Assembly: GCA_016839445.1 (NCBI GenBank) | Contig: JAEOUG010000183.1 | Location: forward strand, 1-36,357 | Direction: 5' to 3' | DNA from: Candidatus Thorarchaeota archaeon | GTDB taxonomy: Archaea > Asgardarchaeota > Thorarchaeia > Thorarchaeales > Thorarchaeaceae | Length of the DNA: 36,357 nt | In this document: positions 9,100-17,890 of the stretch, one piece after another | Layout of the letters: each line of letters starts with the position of its first letter | How positions within the stretch are numbered: position 1 is the first letter of the stretch | Notes under the pieces: generated by a model | The model's input: the letters and a program-made list of their open reading frames with translations, nothing else | Databases searched by the model: none | What the model was told of the DNA's origin: nothing | Translations under genes and position numbers: made by a program

Positions 9100-9795
9100 A
9101 TGGCACGCAAGAACGGCATCGGCACCATCAGTGAATGGTCCCTTCACTCAGACATCAAGCGGTCATACATGACTGCAGACTCACGGGAGGAGGTCGACGT
9201 TGATGGGTTCATTGTAGATGTTGTTCGTGATGACCTCCTCATCGAGGTGCAGACGAGAGGATTTTCTAAGATTAGAGACAAGCTGATGAAGCTCGTCAAG
9301 TCTCACAGGGTTCGTCTTGTATACCCGGTTTCATTGACCAAGTGGATTGTGAGAGAGAGCCCTGAGGGCTCAGAGACCATCAGTCGCAGGAGATCTCCCA
9401 AGCAGCAAGGCCCCCAGAGTCTCTTTGACGAACTCGTGTCCATTCCAACACTTCTGCATCATCAGAACTTCTCCTTGGAGGTCCTGCTCATTGAAGAAGA
9501 AGAGATACGTCGGAAGGACAATCAAGGGAGTTGGAGGCGGAGAGGGTGGAGTATCATTGATCGCAGACTACTCGGCATTCTGGGCCGCCGAGTCTACAAT
9601 GAGCCCAAAGACTTGCTCCACTTCATCCCCGACTCTCTAAAGGATGAGTTCACAAACAGAGAGCTCGCAGATGCCACAGGATACACGATTCGTGAGGCGG
9701 GCAAGGTTACATACTGCCTTAGGCGAATGGGCATTCTAATCGTCACTGGGAAGAGAGGCAATGCGAATGTGTTCTCAGTGAAACGAGATCACTGA
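9100..9795 (+). CDS. Conserved hypothetical protein, PD-(D/E)XK nuclease-like fold with C-terminal wHTH
   Basis: E..LH..IK...VDV..D..LIEVQT resembles a restriction-like catalytic core; FTNRELA...AGKVTYCLRRMG..GKRGNA is HTH-like. Start ATG 9100 (or 9040). Confidence 0.55.
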   Translation: MARKNGIGTISEWSLHSDIKRSYMTADSREEVDVDGFIVDVVRDDLLIEVQTRGFSKIRDKLMKLVKSHRVRLVYPVSLTKWIVRESPEGSETISRRRSPKQQGPQSLFDELVSIPTLLHHQNFSLEVLLIEEEEIRRKDNQGSWRRRGWSIIDRRLLGILGRRVYNEPKDLLHFIPDSLKDEFTNRELADATGYTIREAGKVTYCLRRMGILIVTGKRGNANVFSVKRDH

Positions 9796-10904
9796 CCCTT
9801 CTCGATTTCTTCGATGAACTCGGGTATGAGCTTCAGGTACTTGCTCGCAGGGGTCTCCCATCTGTCTTTCTCCGCATCGAACATGTCGAATGGATGTAGG
9901 GTTTTGGTCAAGTTCTTCGGATCGTGAATTGTCTGGAAGTGGTACCACTTCAGATAGGGTCGCATCCGGTCGAAGCCACGAAGGAACTCGCGGTAGTCAC
10001 ATGCGGGCAGATAGGTTCTATACCCGAACCTTGTTTCTGACTCCATCATTACCGTGCCAATCTGAGGGATCTCATAGAAGCTGGATATCAGCCCGACGTT
10101 GGCTTCCTCCACCTCAAAGAACACGGTGACATCGAGGCATGGCTCTGGAAGGTAACCTATCTGCCTGAATCCCTTCACGATGCCATTATCCTCAAGTCGG
10201 TGAATCCGCATGTTCACGTGTGCTTCCGAGAGCCCAAGCTCCTCTGCAATCTCCTTCTGTGTCACCTCACCGTTCTGGTAGAGCATCTTGAGTATCTTCA
10301 CGTCAGGACCATCGAAGTCCACAATCGGGTGTAGCTCGCTGAGCTTGGCGTCTGCAGGAAACTTCCCCTTCGCGTTCTTGTCAATCCGCTCCTTCCATGA
10401 CTCCCAGTCGTACTTCCAGCCTTCGCCAGGATGGTAGTCTGTGAAGTCCTCGGCCGTGTACTCGTAGTCGGTGATGTCGAAGATGAAGAAGCCGGTAATG
10501 AGGTCATTCTTCTGCATGGCCTCGAGGATTCTCCTTCCTATTCTGGGAGCTGCAAGGGAGAAGAGGCAGTGAACATAGTATCCATCGTATGTCCCGTATG
10601 TCGGAGAGTACCAGTAGAGGGCGTCAAGCTTGCTGAAGAGCTCAGGAAGAATCCTTGTCCCCCTCTGAGTCGAATTCATGACCAGAATGCTCTCACCAAG
10701 ACCCATCCGTCGCTCGTGGGTCATCACCAACCTCCTGCTGAGGAGCTTGGCCTCTCTCATCTTCTTGAGCCTATACCTGACTGTACGTGGAGGGATGTCT
10801 CCCAACATCCCAGCGATCTCCTCAGTGGATGCCTTGGCGCCTAGTCTGCCGAGGACTGTGAGGATTCGCAAGTCCTTCCTATCAAGTCGGTAAGGCCGAG
10901 ACGT
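9789..10904 (-). CDS. Tandem-duplicated Lrp/AsnC-type winged-HTH transcriptional regulator (start codon uncertain)
   Basis: Two HTHs: LDRKDLRIL...TEEIAGML..PPRTVRYRLKKM and FDGPDVKIL...TQKEIAEELGLSEAHVNMRIHRLEDNGIV. The SD points to ACG at 10904; the ORF track uses TTG 10943. Confidence 0.8.
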   Translation of the reverse strand, partial: TSRPYRLDRKDLRILTVLGRLGAKASTEEIAGMLGDIPPRTVRYRLKKMREAKLLSRRLVMTHERRMGLGESILVMNSTQRGTRILPELFSKLDALYWYSPTYGTYDGYYVHCLFSLAAPRIGRRILEAMQKNDLITGFFIFDITDYEYTAEDFTDYHPGEGWKYDWESWKERIDKNAKGKFPADAKLSELHPIVDFDGPDVKILKMLYQNGEVTQKEIAEELGLSEAHVNMRIHRLEDNGIVKGFRQIGYLPEPCLDVTVFFEVEEANVGLISSFYEIPQIGTVMMESETRFGYRTYLPACDYREFLRGFDRMRPYLKWYHFQTIHDPKNLTKTLHPFDMFDAEKDRWETPASKYLKLIPEFIEEIEKGQ

Positions 10905-10942
10905 AGAACCACCTCTATTGCAGAAACCAGAACGATAGCACA

Positions 10943-10948
10943 ATTAAA
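10943..10948 (-). promoter_or_regulatory. Putative TATA box TTTAAT for the tandem wHTH regulator
   Basis: AT-rich hexamer about 27 nt upstream of the AGAGGTGG SD-like site (10916-10909). Confidence 0.45.
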
Positions 10949-11052
10949 CTTCGCATTGTAGCAACGTATCCGACTGCTCGTGATAACGCTTATCTGTGGC
11001 GGCTGTCTCCGAGCTACATCGATAACACGAACCCTCCGCAAGGTGGAACGAA

Positions 11053-11337
11053 ATGGGCGGGCCAGATAGATACACAAGAAGCACAATCCTTGTACTGGAC
11101 AGACTGGCCAAAGACGGTCCCATGTCCCCACAAGACATCGCCAAGTCATGTGGCCTCGCCATGAGAACAGTGACTCTGGCACTCAGAACCCTTCAGCAGT
11201 CATCGCTCTGCAAGAAGACCGCAAATCTCAGAGATATGAGAAAGCCACTCTACCGCGCTTCGATAGATGGCATGAACCAGCTCAAGATGAACCCGGAGTT
11301 TCTCAGGTCACTGGCCAATCTGCAAGTGACAAAGTGA
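11053..11337 (+). CDS. Small winged-helix DNA-binding protein (MarR/TrmB-like)
   Basis: VLDRLAKDGPMSPQDIAKSCGLAMRTVTLALRTL...NLRDMRKPLY; AAGGTGG SD upstream. Confidence 0.8.
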   Translation: MGGPDRYTRSTILVLDRLAKDGPMSPQDIAKSCGLAMRTVTLALRTLQQSSLCKKTANLRDMRKPLYRASIDGMNQLKMNPEFLRSLANLQVTK

Positions 11338-11342
11338 GTGGC

Positions 11343-11696
11343 CTAGTCGCCACACTCATGGAAACAGCTTTTCAGGATGGTCTGCATCACGGCCCCTCGT
11401 GCCACATCGGCGTCGGGAAGACCCGACAGGATCTCGTCGCAGATTCTAATGGCAGGTAGCCCTACGGGCAAAGGATCCCCGCATCCATCGTCATGCTCCG
11501 ATTGGACGTCAACCACTCGAATTGAGTCACGTGAGAGCCCGAAGTCCCCCATGACCTCTGTCAGAATCTCAAGTGCTGCATCACACAGCAGACAGTGTTC
11601 GCTACTGTAGAGAATGACACAACTGCATCTGCCGCAAGCGGCCTGTGTTGTCTTCTCCGAAACATAGGCTGAGTCCACTCGCACCGTCATGTCCAA
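11343..11696 (-). CDS. Cys-rich thioredoxin/glutaredoxin-fold protein (CLLC)
   Basis: VILYSSEHCLLCDAA, cis-Pro motif GLPAIRI, GLP; visibly paralogous to 25794-26183. Confidence 0.72.
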   Translation of the reverse strand: MDMTVRVDSAYVSEKTTQAACGRCSCVILYSSEHCLLCDAALEILTEVMGDFGLSRDSIRVVDVQSEHDDGCGDPLPVGLPAIRICDEILSGLPDADVARGAVMQTILKSCFHECGD

Positions 11697-11932
11697 TCAA
11701 GGAAAGACTGTGAGATTTCCAATATAACGGCTATAGCGAAGTTGACCTCCTTCCAGATGGCCCGAAACGGCTCCCAGAGGCTCTCTACGAGGGTCAGCAG
11801 GCGCGTTGGCAGGAGTCAATGCCCGCGAGGACTGAGGCGGCAGAGACTCGTCAATGACAATGATTGACCATCTTAACATCTGGCCATATAGCTTGCATAT
11901 GACTGGCATAATACGCGAGGCGTGAGGGATCA

Positions 11933-12577
11933 TCAGTCGATTTCCAGAACGCGCCAAGCCAAGTATGTGCCTACGGTCTCGAGGGGATGCCAGTGCTGAG
12001 CGATATGCTCAACCTCTTTTGGAGTGGGGACATCCTTCAGCTCATACATCTTCATTACTCCCTTTCGGACGCCCAGATCCTTGGGGGAAAGCACATCCAG
12101 GCGTCCTAAAGAGAAGATCAGGTACATCTGGGCAGTCCACTCTCCTACCCCTTTGATATCGACGAAGAGCTGGAGAATCTTCTCACTCGAGAGCTTCCTG
12201 AGTGATTCCACGCTGTTGTATTCTTCAAGGAAGCCACCTTCGCCAAACGCCTGTGCCACATTATGGAGATAGGAGGCCTTCTGTCTGGAGAGACCCACAC
12301 TCCTTAGTTGGTCCTCAGAGTGGGAGAGGATTGATGAGGGCGTCAGGTCTCCGACAAGCTCCAGAAGTCTACCTAGTATGGTTCTCGCAGCCTTGCCGGA
12401 CAACTGCTGGTAGACAATGGAGTGAACCAGCATCTCAAAAGGAGGTTTCTTGGTCGGCTTGAGCACCATTCTCGTTGCTCCGATGAACTTCTCAAGCTCG
12501 GGGGCTTTGGACTGAAAGCGCTCCAGGACTCTCTTTGTCAGTACATTCCTCATCAGCGTTCTAGATGACGCTGGCAC
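11933..12577 (-). CDS. alkA: DNA-3-methyladenine glycosylase II family (HhH-GPD)
   Basis: FEMLVHSIVYQQLSGKAA, LRSVGLSRQKASY, IKGVGEWTAQMYLIF..GRLDV..KDLGVRKG. Start may be an internal Met. Confidence 0.88.
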   Translation of the reverse strand: MPASSRTLMRNVLTKRVLERFQSKAPELEKFIGATRMVLKPTKKPPFEMLVHSIVYQQLSGKAARTILGRLLELVGDLTPSSILSHSEDQLRSVGLSRQKASYLHNVAQAFGEGGFLEEYNSVESLRKLSSEKILQLFVDIKGVGEWTAQMYLIFSLGRLDVLSPKDLGVRKGVMKMYELKDVPTPKEVEHIAQHWHPLETVGTYLAWRVLEID

Positions 12578-12696
12578 ACACTGAATATGAAGGAATTCCC
12601 CTCGGCAAGGAGAACCAGGAGTTTTGCTTTGAGAGCGAAGACAGACGAGTCAAATTGAAATCTCAAACACACCAAGTGCTGGGTAGGCGACTAGTC

Positions 12697-13587
12697 ATGG
12701 AGCTTCTGATAGTGGGGCACATCTACCGAGAGGTGAGGATTACCTACTCGGGGCAAGAAGAGATGCTCTCCGGGGCTCCAGCCTATGCGGCCAGCGCACA
12801 GACACTTGGAGCAGTTGGCACTGGCATCGTTTCCCATGTAGGATTAGACTTCAGTGACAATGATCTTGGGAGACTTGTCACATCCGGTCTCGACACATCC
12901 GGACTGATGCGGTCAGGAGCGCAGACAACGCAAATCATCACCAGAGAGTATGACGACGGAACCAAGAAGCATGATGTAGTGGCGGTCGCTCCACCAATCG
13001 AAGAGGGTCATCTTAGCGAAGACCACCTAGGGGCCAGTGCAATCTATTTCTCTCCAGTACTTGGCGAGGTTAAGCAGTCCTGCCTAAGGAGAGCAGCCAA
13101 GACGGAATCCCTCATAGCTCTTGATGTGAGTGGGTGTCTGAGAATAGCAGACAAGTCAGGTTCAGTGCTCTACTACGTGCCCGAGAACATCGATAGCTAT
13201 CTTGACTACACAACGATTCTGTTCACTGATCCGGTGGCGCTGTCACTTCTCACAGAAAAGGCAACTGAGGAGGACTCCGCACAGGATCTACTCTCCCGAG
13301 GACCCTTCATCGTGGTCGTAAACAGAGATGAGGGGGGTTCTACTATCTACTCCCACAGAGGAGAGAATGAGATACCTTACATCATGCCAGGGCGAATCCT
13401 GGATACCGCTGGATCAGACCACATCTATGCAATGGGCTTCCTGATGGAATTCCTTCGAACCGGCGGAGAGATATCCAGAGCAGGGTACTTCGCCTCCGCC
13501 TGCGCATCTGTTGCGGCTGAGGGCAAAGGCCCCTTTGCAGTGATCTCGAGATATCAGGTGGATAGACAACTGCGGTCTCTCTACTAA
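12697..13587 (+). CDS. PfkB-family carbohydrate/nucleoside kinase
   Basis: LIVGH, SGAPAYAA, VSHVGLDF, ALDVSG, DTAGSDHIYAMGF (degenerate DTxGAGD). Start ATG 12697. Confidence 0.8.
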   Translation: MELLIVGHIYREVRITYSGQEEMLSGAPAYAASAQTLGAVGTGIVSHVGLDFSDNDLGRLVTSGLDTSGLMRSGAQTTQIITREYDDGTKKHDVVAVAPPIEEGHLSEDHLGASAIYFSPVLGEVKQSCLRRAAKTESLIALDVSGCLRIADKSGSVLYYVPENIDSYLDYTTILFTDPVALSLLTEKATEEDSAQDLLSRGPFIVVVNRDEGGSTIYSHRGENEIPYIMPGRILDTAGSDHIYAMGFLMEFLRTGGEISRAGYFASACASVAAEGKGPFAVISRYQVDRQLRSLY

Positions 13588-13783
13588 TGAGCGAAGAGCA
13601 ATCTGCGTAATACGTTCTGCACCTCTAGGTTAATGCCAGCAGCGGTCTGTGGCTGGGCGGTTCTGGTTGGCGCATATTGGTACTTCAGAATCCGCCCCAA
13701 GGAATCGTAGAGGGCTCCTGCCTCATTGCGTGATTGGGCGGTCTGAGGCCCCAGTCGTGTCGGCTGCCCATACGTAGAGATGT

Positions 13784-14971
13784 CTACCGGAGCGAGTCAA
13801 GCGCCTGTTTGAGGTCGGCCAAGAGGTCTGCGGGGTCCTCGATTCCGACGGATAGACGAACCGCGGACGCGGAAATGCCCATCTCTCGAAGCGTGCTCTC
13901 GTCGAAGCCATAATGCGTGGTCAGGGACGGAATGCTGGCAAGACTCTCTACCCCTCCGAGCGAGACTGCATTGAGGAATATCCGAAGGGAGTCTACGAAC
14001 GTTTCGGCACCCTTCAGATCAGAATCGAGGTCAATAGAGAGCATGCCCCCAAATCCATTCATCTGCTTCCTTGCGACAGCATGGTGCTCGTGAGAAGGCA
14101 GGCCAGGATAGTGTACGGCACGGATGCGAGAGTCCTTCGAAAGTTCTTGTGCCAAGAACATCGCGTTCGAGTTGTGGCGCTCTACTCTGATGGCGAGAGT
14201 CTTCAGGCCGCGGTCAAGGAGGAAGGACGCGAATGGATCCATTGTACCACCGAGTAGCTTGGCCGCCTCTCTGACTCTGCCCATGGTTACGGCAGAACCA
14301 GACACGGTCCCTGCAATGAGGTCGCTGTGTCCTCCCAGGTACTTGGTCGCGCTGTTCATGACCAGGTCAATGCCCAGGAGATGAGGTTTCTGATTGATGG
14401 GAGAGGCGAACGTGTTGTCAATCATGCTGGTCGTTCCGGCAGACCTCGCGGCCTCTGCCACGCGCTCGATGTCCACCACCTTCAGCGTGGGATTAGTTGG
14501 GGTCTCAAAGAAACAGAGGCGGTACTTCCCCCTTCCCTCGGAGATGGCATCGGGGAACTCGGCGATGTCCACGAAATCCACCTCGATGCCGTTCTGAGGA
14601 AGAACCTCTTTGAAGAGATGGAGTGTACCTCCATAGATGGAGTCTGTTGACAGAATCTTCTCTCCGCCTTTCACCATACCGAAGACTGCAGAGCTTATCG
14701 CCGCCATTCCTGATGCAACCACATTGGTGTCTTCGGTTCCTTCGAGAGCACTGATCTTCCCCTCCACATGCTTCGTAGTTGGGTTGCTCCACCTGGTGTA
14801 GACGTGGCCACCGGACTTCCCCTGTACTGACTCAAGCATGTGTTTCTGACTCTCAAAGACGAACGTGGAAGTCTGCACAATTGGCATCACGGCAGGCCCA
14901 GGTCTCTGCTCTTCAGTTCCCTGGACGCAAATAGTGGATGGTCTTCGCTCATTCTCTCTCATCCGCATCAC
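13784..14971 (-). CDS. Cys/Met metabolism PLP enzyme (methionine gamma-lyase / cystathionine gamma-synthase family)
   Basis: PIVQTSTF, YTRWSNPT, ASGMAAI, ETPTNP, DNTFASP, SATKYLGGHSD, AVSLGGVESL, RLSVGIED. Confidence 0.93.
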   Translation of the reverse strand: MMRMRENERRPSTICVQGTEEQRPGPAVMPIVQTSTFVFESQKHMLESVQGKSGGHVYTRWSNPTTKHVEGKISALEGTEDTNVVASGMAAISSAVFGMVKGGEKILSTDSIYGGTLHLFKEVLPQNGIEVDFVDIAEFPDAISEGRGKYRLCFFETPTNPTLKVVDIERVAEAARSAGTTSMIDNTFASPINQKPHLLGIDLVMNSATKYLGGHSDLIAGTVSGSAVTMGRVREAAKLLGGTMDPFASFLLDRGLKTLAIRVERHNSNAMFLAQELSKDSRIRAVHYPGLPSHEHHAVARKQMNGFGGMLSIDLDSDLKGAETFVDSLRIFLNAVSLGGVESLASIPSLTTHYGFDESTLREMGISASAVRLSVGIEDPADLLADLKQALDSLR

Positions 14972-15052
14972 GTGAACTACCTTGATGAGGATGTTTAGTA
15001 AACCTATCCATTAGCAGAGTTGCGGATCTGATAGGCTGCCCTGGAGAAGCTC

Positions 15053-17203
15053 TTACTTCGCAGACAGACTGTACCTGTGTCGGTCGAGGAACTCCTGACG
15101 CTTCGCCTTGTTCCATGTGTTGATGCTTTGGAGATAGCCTGTCACGCGTGATATAATATCTACGCCCACGAACCCACACTTGGGACAAGGAATCCTTGTC
15201 AGATCATCAATGCTAGCGAATCTAACGTTTCTCCAGTCGATGCCCTCCTGATGGCCACACTGAGAACAAGCTAGGACATCTTTTGTGAACGACCAGTACG
15301 ACGTTAGCGTATCTCTTGCGATCTTCTTCGTCAGTGCCCACAGTGCGTCGGGATCAGGGTTGGATTCACCCAGATAGATGTGAGTCAAGGCACCCCCGTC
15401 CATATACGGATGGAACATGCCTTCCTTCTTGATGCGGTCGCTGAGATGAAGGTCTGCACCGACATAGAGGGCAGTGCTGTTTGTGTAGTAGACATTAGGG
15501 GCTTGGCCCTTGAGGTACTTCCTGATTCCTGGATAGGCCTTGTAGTCCTTGGATGCAAGTCGGCCAGCAGCACTCTCGGCAGGTGTACGCGTCACTCCGA
15601 AGTGAAGTCCGGTTTCTTTCTGGAACTCCTTGGACTTCTCCTTGAGGTATCTCAGGACCTTGACGCCGAAGCGGGTGCCCTCACGTTCGTGAAGGTGATG
15701 GTCAGTCATTATGTGGGCCATCTCTTCGAAGCCGACTGTTCCGAGGAGGAACTCTCTTCTGTTCATATCGATAAGCGGCTCACCATTGGGCTTGGGTTGA
15801 GTGTAAAATGGAACGCTGCCGCTGGCGATGAGCTTGTCCATCAGCATCTTCTTCTCAAGGATGACCTGCTTGGAGAGCTCAAAGTACTCATCCACCTTAG
15901 TGAAGAACCGGTCCTCATCCGTTCTGCCAATCCATGCGGCTCGGCCGAAGTTGGGAGTCACCATCTGTGAGGCACCAAAGACCATGTTGCCACTCAAGAA
16001 CTCCTCCAGTTCCTCATCGCTTGATGCGGTCCACAGATGTGAACAGCAGCTGCTGCAACCGGCCTCGATGCTGGAACGCCAGTTGAGATAGTTCTCGAAG
16101 TAGGGAGATCCATGCTTAGCAGTGAGTTCAGCGACAAGGTGCCACGAGTCATCGAACTCAGGCTTCATGAACTCCTCGCGAAGAACGATGTTGGGTTTAG
16201 GAAAGCTGAAGCCCTTCCCCTTCATATCGCCCTTGAGCATGACCTCCATGAAGGCGTTGAAGAACTGATGGGCCTCATCCTCGAAGTCTGCATAGGTGAC
16301 CTCGGTCTCCTTGCCACCAGGAAGGACCGCAGGAACATCACGCATGATCTTGGGGATGCCAGGCGTCAGGTCTACACTTGAGAAGATGACCTGACCGCCG
16401 CGAGCAACGTACTGCTGAGTGAGAGTGAATATGAGCTGCTGAGCAGCCTGCTTGATCTTCTTGTAGGGCAAGCCCTGCATGAAGGGAGCAAGGAAGGTAT
16501 TGAAGTAGAAGTAGCCCTGCCCTCCAGCGAATGAGCTCTGGGCTGCTGCGAGCCAGATGGCGGAGTGATTGACCGCTACAGGTAGGTGCTGAGCCGGACC
16601 TGCTGCACTGGAGTGCATGCCTCCCAGACCGTCTGGCGCAATGCCTAGCTTGAGGACCTGGCGGAGGTCCCAGGTTGCGCAGTAGTCACGCGTGCTGAAG
16701 TACTCACGGTCTTTGATGTAGATGTCACCGCTGAGGTGCGCGTCAGCCAGATGTGGTGGGATGGAGAGATAGGTGTGCTGTTCCATGACCTGGTCGTGAA
16801 CGAGCTTGGCAATGGTCTCCGGGTTGCGCATTAGATTGGCGTTAGAGGTGTGGTCCCCGGGGTCATTGATGAGCAGGCCGAGGTCGTACATGGGAATGCC
16901 CACTCTGGTGTAGAGGATGCGTTCCTTCTCCAACCCCATCTCAGCTAGAATGCTGTTGCACATCTCTCTGATGAGGGGGCCTGACAGGAACTTGATTCCA
17001 GAAGCAACGATTCGATCCATGACCCTGACAGCAACAAGGTGTGCATCGGCACGAGTAAGGTGGGCCTCCAGGACTAGACTGTCAATGATGGCGTTGGCAT
17101 CGAAAATCTCCATGGTGCCCTGAGTAGTCCTGACCTTGGGCATCTTCTTCTCTCTAGCCCGCAAGTCCTCGAGATCTGAGACCGAACTACGGATGTCAGT
17201 CAT
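15053..17203 (-). CDS. nrdD: Anaerobic (class III) ribonucleoside-triphosphate reductase with N-terminal ATP cone
   Basis: ATP cone, AHLSGDIYI, FAGGQG, FSFPKP, TPAESAAGR, YYTNS, Zn motifs CSQC and CPKC, glycyl-radical SRVTGYL. Confidence 0.95.
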   Translation of the reverse strand: MTDIRSSVSDLEDLRAREKKMPKVRTTQGTMEIFDANAIIDSLVLEAHLTRADAHLVAVRVMDRIVASGIKFLSGPLIREMCNSILAEMGLEKERILYTRVGIPMYDLGLLINDPGDHTSNANLMRNPETIAKLVHDQVMEQHTYLSIPPHLADAHLSGDIYIKDREYFSTRDYCATWDLRQVLKLGIAPDGLGGMHSSAAGPAQHLPVAVNHSAIWLAAAQSSFAGGQGYFYFNTFLAPFMQGLPYKKIKQAAQQLIFTLTQQYVARGGQVIFSSVDLTPGIPKIMRDVPAVLPGGKETEVTYADFEDEAHQFFNAFMEVMLKGDMKGKGFSFPKPNIVLREEFMKPEFDDSWHLVAELTAKHGSPYFENYLNWRSSIEAGCSSCCSHLWTASSDEELEEFLSGNMVFGASQMVTPNFGRAAWIGRTDEDRFFTKVDEYFELSKQVILEKKMLMDKLIASGSVPFYTQPKPNGEPLIDMNRREFLLGTVGFEEMAHIMTDHHLHEREGTRFGVKVLRYLKEKSKEFQKETGLHFGVTRTPAESAAGRLASKDYKAYPGIRKYLKGQAPNVYYTNSTALYVGADLHLSDRIKKEGMFHPYMDGGALTHIYLGESNPDPDALWALTKKIARDTLTSYWSFTKDVLACSQCGHQEGIDWRNVRFASIDDLTRIPCPKCGFVGVDIISRVTGYLQSINTWNKAKRQEFLDRHRYSLSAK

Positions 17204-17514
17204 GCGTAGTCATGGACCTCCTTCTTGATGCCTTCCACGGTGGGAACCTCACCCGAGTACAGCAACTTCATGGATCCATTACGTTCTACCAGTATTGCTG
17301 GAGTGCTGGCAATGAAGATCTGATGCTCGAGAAGCCGGAACTCGAGGTCATCATCCATCTTCAGCAAGTCGATGGTTTCAATGGGTACGTCAGTGCCGTC
17401 AAATGCCTCGTGTATCACTGCCTTCGCGGCTGGGCAGTTCACGCAGTTCTCCTGAGTGAAGAGATACAACTTCGGCGTACTGTCTTGTCCTCCCGGCGAC
17501 ATATCACTCGTCAC
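17200..17514 (-). CDS. nrdH: NrdH-like glutaredoxin/thioredoxin (CVNC), translationally coupled to nrdD
   Basis: LFTQENCVNCPAAK, IASTPAI; ATGA overlap with nrdD. Alternative start ATG 17502. Confidence 0.8.
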   Translation of the reverse strand: MTSDMSPGGQDSTPKLYLFTQENCVNCPAAKAVIHEAFDGTDVPIETIDLLKMDDDLEFRLLEHQIFIASTPAILVERNGSMKLLYSGEVPTVEGIKKEVHDYA

Positions 17515-17517
17515 TCC

Positions 17518-17534
17518 CGACTCGAAACGAGTCG
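17518..17534. repeat. Perfect 7-3-7 inverted repeat CGACTCG-AAA-CGAGTCG
   Basis: Read directly from the sequence; abuts the SD/start of nrdH-nrdD. Confidence 0.7.
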
Positions 17535-17890
17535 CGAATTGATGGGTTCTCGGCGTCGAATAAAAGCATTACCGCCTTCGGAGATGGCCTCTCGCCTTGT
17601 CCCAATGCATCTCCGAGCTGCCTCTGGTCTTGCATGCTTGCTCATCTCCTAGGCTTGCTTGCCCTACTTAAGGCCACCAAGAACATGGTCGAAAAAGGTG
17701 CCCTCCGGGCCAGCTATTTGCAGAATTCGAGGCCCTTTCTGCAACAACCTTGTAGTGAAAGCACTCAAGGAATGAAACAATCAGATTCCGGAGATTGGCG
17801 CGTTTGAGACGTGTACTGCAGGAAGCGGACAAGCCCCGAAACCTAGAATAGGGGCTGAGGTTTCGCACTGCCGTCCGGGAGGTAAACGAT

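Noticed and set aside
11697-11957. 86-aa minus-strand ORF between alkA and the Cys-rich thioredoxin
   Set aside because: No recognisable motif; it overlaps the alkA end and covers a likely promoter region.
13633-13710. 25-aa ORF MPAAVCGWAVLVGAYWYFRIRPKES resembling a membrane anchor
   Set aside because: No SD, hydrophobic stretch is short, and two stops separate it from pfkB; it cannot be supported without homologs.
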